From: Horticoccus luteus
GTDB taxonomy: Bacteria > Verrucomicrobiota > Verrucomicrobiia > Opitutales > Opitutaceae
Assembly (NCBI RefSeq): GCF_019464535.1
Contig: NZ_CP080507.1
Location: forward strand, 1-32,000
DNA length: 32,000 bases
Direction of reading: 5' to 3'
The notes beneath the pieces were generated by a model. It was not told the DNA's origin, searched no databases, and was given only the letters and a program-made list of their open reading frames with translations. Shown here one piece after another: positions 25,882 through 32,000 of the stretch (position 1 is its first letter; the number at the start of each line of letters is the position of its first letter). Position numbers and translations under genes: made by a program.

Positions 25882-26904
25882 TCAGTAAGTGAAGAAAATT
25901 TCCTGGAGCTCGCGCGGGTCGCGGGTGCGCGTGAGCGCGAGCATGAGGAGGACGCGGGCTTTTTGCGGGTTGAGCTCGTCGGCGGCGATGAAGCCGTGGC
26001 GGTCGTCGTCGATCTCGATGTTGCGTTCCACGACGCCACCGCCGGTGCGCGAACTGCGCACCACGGCAACGCCGCGCGAGACGGCGTCGGCACACGCGGC
26101 GAGGGCGGCGCTGCTCATGTTGCCATCGCCGACGCCGGCGATGACGAGGCCGGCCGCGCCGGTTTGCACGGCGGCATCGATCAACTCGCGGGTGAGTCCG
26201 GCGTGGGCGTAGAGAATATGGACGCGTGGCAGAGCGGTGAGTCCATCAAGCGAAAATGCGCTGCCGCTCGTGTGGCGGCGGGGCGGCGCGCCGAAGAAGT
26301 GGAGGCGGCCGGCGTTGACGAGGCCGGCGAGGCCGCGATTGGGGGATTTGAACGTGCCGAGCTGCGTGGTGTTGGTCTTGACGACCTCGCGGGCGAAATG
26401 GATTTCGTCGTTGGCGACGACGAGGACGCCGCGGCCGCGGGAGTCGGGATGCGTGGCGACAGCGAGCGCGTTATAGAGATTCATCGGGCCATCCGCGCTG
26501 ATCGCGGTGGCGGGACGCATCGCGCCGACGAGGACAACGGGTTGGTCGGACGCGAGGATGAGGTTCAGGAAATACGCGGTTTCCTCCATCGTATCGGTGC
26601 CGTGCGTGACGACGACGCCGGCGACCTCGGCGGAGGCGAGCGCGGTGTCGGCGCGGGCGGCGAGATTGAGCCAGACGGTTTCGTCCATGTCCTGACTGCC
26701 GAGGCGCGCGACCTGTTCGATCTCGAGCTGGGCGATGTCGGCGAGTTGCGGGAGCGCGGTGATGAGATTGTCGATGGAGAAGGCGCCGGCTTGGTAGCCG
26801 CGGCTGGTGGTCGTGAGTTGGGCGCCGGCGATGGTGCCGCCGGTCGCGAGGAGGCGGACGCGCGGGAGTGGGTTCAGAAAGGGCGTGGCGGAGGCGCGTG
26901 GCAT
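25882..26904 (-). CDS. L-asparaginase, type II (AnsB-like) family
   Basis: LLATGGTIAG and VVTHGTDTMEETAYFL signature motifs. 340 aa. I see no convincing N-terminal signal peptide, so localisation is unclear. Confidence 0.9.
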   Translation of the reverse strand: MPRASATPFLNPLPRVRLLATGGTIAGAQLTTTSRGYQAGAFSIDNLITALPQLADIAQLEIEQVARLGSQDMDETVWLNLAARADTALASAEVAGVVVTHGTDTMEETAYFLNLILASDQPVVLVGAMRPATAISADGPMNLYNALAVATHPDSRGRGVLVVANDEIHFAREVVKTNTTQLGTFKSPNRGLAGLVNAGRLHFFGAPPRRHTSGSAFSLDGLTALPRVHILYAHAGLTRELIDAAVQTGAAGLVIAGVGDGNMSSAALAACADAVSRGVAVVRSSRTGGGVVERNIEIDDDRHGFIAADELNPQKARVLLMLALTRTRDPRELQEIFFTY

Positions 26905-26988
26905 GAGGAGGGAGCTTGAGGTGATCAGCGGCCGCTCGCAACTGCGGCGATGCGCGGTGCCCTACGCACGTTCAGATGCGCGGACGGA

Positions 26989-27972
26989 TCAGGGCCAGAA
27001 GTGCGGCGCCACGTCGGCCCACGATTCGCACGTGAGGCTTGCGGGTTCGAGCGCGAGGGCCCCGGACACATCGTGCAGCGGGTGCAGGAGACTGTAAGCC
27101 ATCAGACGCTGGCGTAATTCGTGATCGATCGGCTTTGTGAGGCCGTAGCCGGCGAAATACTCATCGAGCAGCGCAGCGCGGGTGGCGGGTAGCTCAACCG
27201 CAGCGCTGCGGCCGAGGAGGACGGTGGGAGCGGGAAAGTCGAATTCGGGTGCGCCGAAGCGAGCCTGACCGAAGTCGATGAGGCCGGAGCAGTGCCACGC
27301 GCCGTCGTTCGGGTTCGACGCAAAGAGGCAGTTCTCGGGCGCGAGGTCACCATGCAGGAGTCGCGCATCGGCTTCGCTGAGCGCGGGAGTTTTCGCGAGG
27401 ACGGAGCGGATGAAGTCGGGGCCGGTGTCGCGGAGAGGAGCGGGCAATTTTTGCACGGAGGGACGCGAAGGCCATGCGGCGAGACGGGATTCGAGGAAAG
27501 CGGACCACGGAGGCGCGACGTTGGCCGGGGCGGCGGGCGGGAGCGCGTGCAGTTGCCGGAGCGCGGCGCCAAATTCGCGGGCGGCGGTGAGGCGTTCGGG
27601 GGCGGTGAGGCGCGGCCAGAGAACGTCGAGGCGTTCGCCCGGCAGGCGGTCCATCAACAGGAAAATCCAATCGTCCACCCTCCCTGTCGCAAGCAGGCGC
27701 GGCCGACGCACGGCGCAATCGCGCAGATGGTCGAGGGCGGCGATTTCCCGGTCTGCCAACTCGGCCCAAAAGTGAGGGAGGAGTTTCACTACCCATTGCT
27801 CGCCGACAGCGAAGACGGGCGATTCGCCGGTGGAAAAGCGAGCGATTGCGGACAACGGGAGATGCTGCCGCGCGAAGATTTGCGCGAGGAGAGGTTGCCA
27901 CGACTCCAACGGCGAGAAGCGCATGCGGTAGTAGTCCTCGTTGGTGGCGATGCGCGGCAGCGGCGGGGTCAT
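26989..27972 (-). CDS. Aminoglycoside-phosphotransferase (APH)/choline-kinase-like family kinase
   Basis: ATG at 27972. Catalytic loop LLHGDLAPENCLF and metal-binding GLIDFGQARFG. 327 aa. Confidence 0.8.
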   Translation of the reverse strand: MTPPLPRIATNEDYYRMRFSPLESWQPLLAQIFARQHLPLSAIARFSTGESPVFAVGEQWVVKLLPHFWAELADREIAALDHLRDCAVRRPRLLATGRVDDWIFLLMDRLPGERLDVLWPRLTAPERLTAAREFGAALRQLHALPPAAPANVAPPWSAFLESRLAAWPSRPSVQKLPAPLRDTGPDFIRSVLAKTPALSEADARLLHGDLAPENCLFASNPNDGAWHCSGLIDFGQARFGAPEFDFPAPTVLLGRSAAVELPATRAALLDEYFAGYGLTKPIDHELRQRLMAYSLLHPLHDVSGALALEPASLTCESWADVAPHFWP

Positions 27973-28210
27973 GGGAAGGTGGGGAAATGAATCGGACGGA
28001 AGACGGACGACGCGCCGTGCGGCGTTTCGACAACGGCCGATTTGGTCGGGTGGCGGAAATTGCTGGTCGGTGGCGTTCGACTTGGGGAGGGGCGCGTGAA
28101 GGCTCTCGGCGTTCTTCCTACCGGTGCCGAGCCCCACGCTTCATCGCCAGCGCAAATTGGCGTTGCTCGGGGCGCGACGCCGGCGCCCGTGCAAATCGTC
28201 CCTTCCGTTT

Positions 28211-29626
28211 ATGAAATTATTCTCCGCTGTTGTTTTCTGTGTCGCGCTCGTCGCCGGCGGCACAATGTCGGCGTCGCCGGCGAAGCCCCAGGCAGCGCGC
28301 CGGCCCAATATTGTTTTCATTCTCGCCGACGATCTCGGCTGTGCGCAGGTCGGGGCTTATGGGAACTCTTATTATAAAACGCCCAACATCGACGGGCTCG
28401 GGCGCGACGGGATGCAATTCACGCAGGCGTATTCGGCGTCGCCCGTGTGTTCGCCGACGCGGTCGGCGTTGATGACCGGCAAGTCGCCGGCGCGAACGCA
28501 TGTGACGGATTTTATTCCGGGCAACACGTATCCTTGGGCGCGCCTGCAGCAGCCGGCATGGCAAAGATTTCTGCCGCTAAAAGAGGTGACGATCGCCGAA
28601 CGGTTGACGGAGGAAGGCTACGTGACGGGGCTCATCGGCAAATGGCATTTGGCCAAAGCGTATCTGCCGCCGGAATCGGTGGCGGAAGGCCCGGATCGGC
28701 AGGGTTTCGCGGAGACGTTCATCACGCACAAGCCCGTCCCGACGGCCGATCCGGAGAGCGATGCGCACAATGTCGGGGCGATCACGACGCGAGCGTTGCG
28801 TTTCCTCGACGAGCATCGCGCCGAGCCGTTTTTCCTGCTGGTTTCGCATAACGCCGTGCATGCGCCGATCATGGCGCCGAAAGCCCTCGTCGCGAAATAT
28901 CCCGCGCAAGGAAATGGTCATCCGGAAGACGTGCCGGTGATGGCGGCGATGATGGAAATGGTGGACGACAGTGTGGGGCAGGTGCTGGCGAAGCTCGATG
29001 CACTCGGGCTGCGGGAAAACACGTTGGTGATTTTCTATTCCGACAACGGCGGACTGCTGCGCGATGCGGCGCAAACGCCGTTTCGCGGTGGCAAGGCGGA
29101 GTTACACGAGGGCGGTGTCCGCGTGCCGCTGTTAATGCGCTGGCCGGGGGTGATCGCGCCTGGGCGGGTGAGTGCGACGATGGTGAACACGATGGATTTT
29201 TTCCCGACTTTGCTGGAGCTCAGCGGCGCGCGCGCGGACGCCAATCCGCAGCTCGACGGCATCAGCCTGGCGTCGTTGATCAAGGCGGGCGTCGCCCCGG
29301 CGCGCGACACGCTCTACTGGCATTATCCGCATTATCATCCCGCGGGCAAAGGGCCGTCGGACTCGATTCGGATGGGTGACTGGAAGTTGATTGAGTTCTT
29401 CGAAGGGACGCTGGCGGGCGACGGTCCGGGGCTGGAGCTGTTCAACTTGCGCGAGGATGTCGGGGAGGAAACGAATCTCGCCGCGAGCCAACCGGAGCGG
29501 GTGGCCGCGATGCGCGCGCGCTTGGCAAAGTGGCGGAAGAAAGTCGGGGCGCAGCTCCCGACCATCAACCCGGCCTATGATGAAGCGCGCGCCGACGACT
29601 TCACTCCCGCGGCTGCGGCGCCGTGA
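28211..29626 (+). CDS. Cys-type sulfatase (arylsulfatase A family), secreted
   Basis: ATG at 28211. Signal peptide MKLFSAVVFCVALVAGGTMSA. NIVFILADDLG and the formylglycine motif CSPTRSALMTGK (CxPxR). Confidence 0.9.
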   Translation: MKLFSAVVFCVALVAGGTMSASPAKPQAARRPNIVFILADDLGCAQVGAYGNSYYKTPNIDGLGRDGMQFTQAYSASPVCSPTRSALMTGKSPARTHVTDFIPGNTYPWARLQQPAWQRFLPLKEVTIAERLTEEGYVTGLIGKWHLAKAYLPPESVAEGPDRQGFAETFITHKPVPTADPESDAHNVGAITTRALRFLDEHRAEPFFLLVSHNAVHAPIMAPKALVAKYPAQGNGHPEDVPVMAAMMEMVDDSVGQVLAKLDALGLRENTLVIFYSDNGGLLRDAAQTPFRGGKAELHEGGVRVPLLMRWPGVIAPGRVSATMVNTMDFFPTLLELSGARADANPQLDGISLASLIKAGVAPARDTLYWHYPHYHPAGKGPSDSIRMGDWKLIEFFEGTLAGDGPGLELFNLREDVGEETNLAASQPERVAAMRARLAKWRKKVGAQLPTINPAYDEARADDFTPAAAAP

Positions 29627-29981
29627 GCAGAGTCGCGCTCGCGCGGGTGATCCTGCACCGGCCTTGTCTATAGTGGCGGTGACGCAGCGACCGAAGGCTT
29701 CGGGTCGTTAGCTGTCGGCCGTCGACGTTGCGCAGTGCGGAGGAAGGTCCCAAGCGACGTCTTCCCGGCCGGCGATTTAACAACGAGCGGCCTGACCCCG
29801 GGCGATACGCTGCGTTTACGCTGGTTTCCCGGCGGCTCGGCAACTGGTCGTATGACCGGGTTATACCTTATCGTAATTTCGTTACGGGTGTCGTTTAATC
29901 CCAGAACGGACGCGGCGTCGCCTCGACGAAGCACAGCCCGCATTGAAGCAGGTCGATCACCTACCGCTCGGCACATACCTG
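29627..29981 (+). other. 355-nt non-coding spacer with multiple stem-loops (possible structured 5' leader or small RNA upstream of the kinase/regulator pair)
   Basis: No credible ORF. Hairpins at 29688-29707, 29724-29761 (8-bp stem GACGTTGC/GCGACGTC), 29844-29859 and 29872-29886. Direct repeat ACGCTG-N5-ACGCTG at 29807-29823. Locally AT-richer stretch at 29860-29900. Weak promoter-like gTGAtc-16-TATAGT at 29647-29674. Confidence 0.3.
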
Positions 29982-31130
29982 ATGGTCATCAAGGCAGTAT
30001 TAACGAAGGCGCAGCGCTCGATCCTGGAGAAACGCTACCTCGCGGCGTTACGCCTGCACCTCGACGCGGACAACTCTGCGGACCGTCGTCGCGCGCGAGC
30101 GCTGGGCAAAAAAATGCTCGCCCATGGATTTTGCCCGCTCGAACTCGCCGCCCTCCACCACCGCGCAATGATGGCGTTGCCCGATTCCACTCAGGCGCGT
30201 CCGGCCATGATGAAGGCCGCCGGGTTCTTTTTCGCTGACGTGCTGGTGCCGCTCGGCAGCGGTCAACGCCCCGTGCGCGAGGCCACTCGGCAATTGTTGC
30301 AACGCAATCGGATGTTGGAGCGGCACACGGCGGCTTTGAGGCGAAGCAACCGCAAGCATGAGTTGGAGATAGCGCGGCGCAAAGCCGGTGAAGTAAAGAT
30401 CGAGCAGGCGAGGCGGCGTTACCGAAGTCTCTTCCTGGAGTCGCAGATCATGCAGCACAAGCTGCGACGTCTGACCCGGCAGATCATCGCGGCTCAAGAG
30501 GAAGAGCGCAAACGCATCAGCCGGGAGCTGCATGATGAAGTCGTGCAGACGCTGGTTGGCATCAATGTCGAACTAGCGGCCTTGGGCCACGGGGTGTTCG
30601 GGAATACTCAAATTCTGAAGCAAAAAATCGCCCGCACTCAACGGCTGGTGGCGCATTCCGTCAGCGCAGTCCACCGGTTCGCCCGCGAACTGCGACCGGC
30701 GGTGCTGGATGATTTGGGGCTGATCCCCGCGCTGGAGTCCTTCAGTCACCGCTTGGCGGCTCGGAAGAAGATGACCATCAAGATTACGGCGTTTAGCGGT
30801 GTGGAAGCGCTGAGCATTGCACGGCGGACGGTGTTGTTTCGGGTGGCTCAAGAAGCACTGAACAACGTGGCCCGCCACGCTGAGGCCACGGCCGTCCGCC
30901 TCGATATCTGGCCGTCGGCGGACCTCATCCAGATGGAAATCAGCGACAATGGAAAATCGTTCCCCGTGAAGAAAACGCTGCTCGCTCGAAACAATAAGCG
31001 GCTGGGCTTGGTGGGCATGCGAGAACGCATTGAGATGATCGGTGGGCGCCTCGTGATCGAATCCGCTTCCGGCACCGGAACCACGGTCCATGCCGAGATT
31101 CCGTTCAAAACCCAACTTCCCAAACCATGA
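29982..31130 (+). CDS. Cytoplasmic HisKA_3-type sensor histidine kinase with helical N-terminal domain and coiled coil
   Basis: First ATG at 29982; the track ORF starts at TTG 29943, so the start is uncertain. H-box QEEERKRISRELHDEVVQTLVG, N-box AQEALNNVARHA, G1 DNGKSF, G2 GLVGMRERIEMIGG. No TM segment. Confidence 0.85.
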   Translation: MVIKAVLTKAQRSILEKRYLAALRLHLDADNSADRRRARALGKKMLAHGFCPLELAALHHRAMMALPDSTQARPAMMKAAGFFFADVLVPLGSGQRPVREATRQLLQRNRMLERHTAALRRSNRKHELEIARRKAGEVKIEQARRRYRSLFLESQIMQHKLRRLTRQIIAAQEEERKRISRELHDEVVQTLVGINVELAALGHGVFGNTQILKQKIARTQRLVAHSVSAVHRFARELRPAVLDDLGLIPALESFSHRLAARKKMTIKITAFSGVEALSIARRTVLFRVAQEALNNVARHAEATAVRLDIWPSADLIQMEISDNGKSFPVKKTLLARNNKRLGLVGMRERIEMIGGRLVIESASGTGTTVHAEIPFKTQLPKP

Positions 31131-31810
31131 TCCCTGTCCCACCCACTCGTGTCCTCCTCGCGGAAGATCACGCCATCGTGCGCCAAGGCCTCTGCGCACT
31201 CCTCAACTCCGACGGGCGTTTCATCATCGTGGGCGAGGCCCGGACCGGCCGGGAAGCGGTCGAGATGGCGCGCGACCGCCTCCCCGATGTCATCCTGATG
31301 GACATCGCGATGCCGGTGCTCAACGGCCTGGAGGCCACGCGGCAAATTTTGTCGGCGAACCCGGCGGCCAAGGTGATCATCCTCTCCGCGCACAGTGACG
31401 ATGCCTACGTCGAACGTGTGACCGAAGCCGGCGTCGTCGGATTTTTGGAGAAACAGACCTCGGCCGATGTCCTCACCAAGGCGATCTGCGAGGTCGCCCA
31501 AGGCGCCACCTTCTTCAGTCCGGCGATTGCACGCCGCCTCACCGCCATGAAGCCGGCGCCGAATCGTGACGGCGTGGTGCGACCGCGTGCCCACCGCCTC
31601 ACGGCGCGCGAATCCGAAGTCCTGCAGCTCGTTGCCGAGGGCTCGACCAATAAACAGATCGCGGCCCGACTCGCGATCAACATCAAGACCGTGGAGAAAC
31701 ACCGCGAGCACCTGATGACGAAACTCGCCATCCATGACACCGCCGGCCTCACTCGCTATGCAATTTCCGCGGGCGTCATCGAAAGCAGTGTACAGTTAAC
31801 GATCACATGA
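31127..31810 (+). CDS. NarL/LuxR-family response regulator
   Basis: ATG overlaps the kinase stop (ATGA at 31127-31130). VLLAEDHAIVRQG, VILMDIAMPVLNG. HTH LTARESEVLQLVAEGSTNKQIAARLAINIKTVEKHREHL. Confidence 0.9.
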   Translation: MIPVPPTRVLLAEDHAIVRQGLCALLNSDGRFIIVGEARTGREAVEMARDRLPDVILMDIAMPVLNGLEATRQILSANPAAKVIILSAHSDDAYVERVTEAGVVGFLEKQTSADVLTKAICEVAQGATFFSPAIARRLTAMKPAPNRDGVVRPRAHRLTARESEVLQLVAEGSTNKQIAARLAINIKTVEKHREHLMTKLAIHDTAGLTRYAISAGVIESSVQLTIT

Positions 31811-32000
31811 GGCGCAGGGCTGGCCGGGCTCCGGCCCGTCCGCCCCGTGGGGGCAAATTGGGGGACGCAGCTCCGCGTGGAACAAACGGTGGTTCGTTGA
31901 GCGCGGGCACTCCGCAGCCAGTCGTGCGCAGGGCCGAGGGCTGCCGGTGAGTCCGCGCCGCGAGGCTCACTCACGCTGCTGCGACCTCAGCTTTCCGGTT

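Noticed and set aside
29680-29720. GACGCAGCGACC...: considered a c-di-GMP (GEMM-I) riboswitch because the downstream gene is a signalling kinase
   Set aside because: The ACGCAAAGCC / GGCAAACC tetraloop-receptor landmarks are absent, and only a trivial ACGCA match exists.
29791-29814. CCTGACCCCGGGCGATACGCTGCG resembles the CCTGATCyGGrTAATrCCrGCG core of TPP riboswitches
   Set aside because: There is no upstream CTGAGA element. The would-be P5 arms (CCGGG versus GCTGCG) cannot pair. The downstream gene is a histidine kinase, not a thiamine gene.
31756-31974. 72-aa minus-strand ORF at the right edge
   Set aside because: It overlaps the 3' end of the response-regulator gene, has an Arg/Ala/Pro/Ser-rich composition, and has no motif or ribosome-binding signal. 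The last ~190 nt are left unannotated.
1-32000. Searched by eye for CRISPR repeats, tandem/inverted terminal repeats, integrase/transposase/recombinase ORFs, tRNA T-loop (GGTTCGAATCC-like) sequences, reverse transcriptase, toxin-antitoxin-sized gene pairs, and compositional islands
   Set aside because: None found. Composition is uniformly GC-rich except in short promoter-like patches, so I see no evidence for a mobile element, a defence island or recent horizontal insertion.

Overview
GC-rich (roughly two-thirds G+C by eye), densely coding 32-kb chromosomal segment. I can support 26 complete CDSs plus an 18-codon gene end at the left edge. I recognised no rRNA, tRNA, CRISPR array, transposase, integrase or phage-like gene. 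The gene content (PEP-CTERM-tagged secreted protein, Cys-type sulfatase, PPi-type phosphofructokinase, CstA, GlgX) and the composition suggest a Verrucomicrobia/Opitutae-like environmental Gram-negative genome; this is inference only. Left to right: a REC-PAS-HisKA_3 hybrid kinase with a NarL-type regulator; glgX; a minus-strand six-gene block (GT2 synthase, methyltransferase, FAD oxidoreductase, type III PKS, Cys-rich Csp/DUF326 protein, SDR); cstA; a PEP-CTERM protein; AraC regulator / PhyH dioxygenase / extended ADP-ribosylglycohydrolase; then a long minus-strand run (pfp, purB, ppnP, holA, a kinase-fold-like hypothetical, a UPF0126/TRIC channel, a secreted unknown, L-asparaginase, an APH-family kinase); then a sulfatase and a second HisKA_3/NarL pair behind a 355-nt structured non-coding leader. 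Most of the window is ordinary housekeeping or metabolism. The best candidate for an uncharacterised system is the type III PKS block. Its core resembles known phenolic-lipid (Srs/Ars-type) operons, but its partner genes are not the described ones, so it extends a known family rather than being a demonstrably new system. Other items worth a second look are the kinase-like ORF translationally coupled to holA, the N-terminally extended ARH-family protein, the structured leader at 29627-29981, and a GGNDS variant motif in the PPi-PFK. Many long ORFs in the supplied track are antisense or out-of-frame shadow ORFs typical of high-GC DNA and were rejected. Start codons come from the ORF track plus motif position and are less certain than stop codons. 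Several genes use GTG (purB, holA, methyltransferase).
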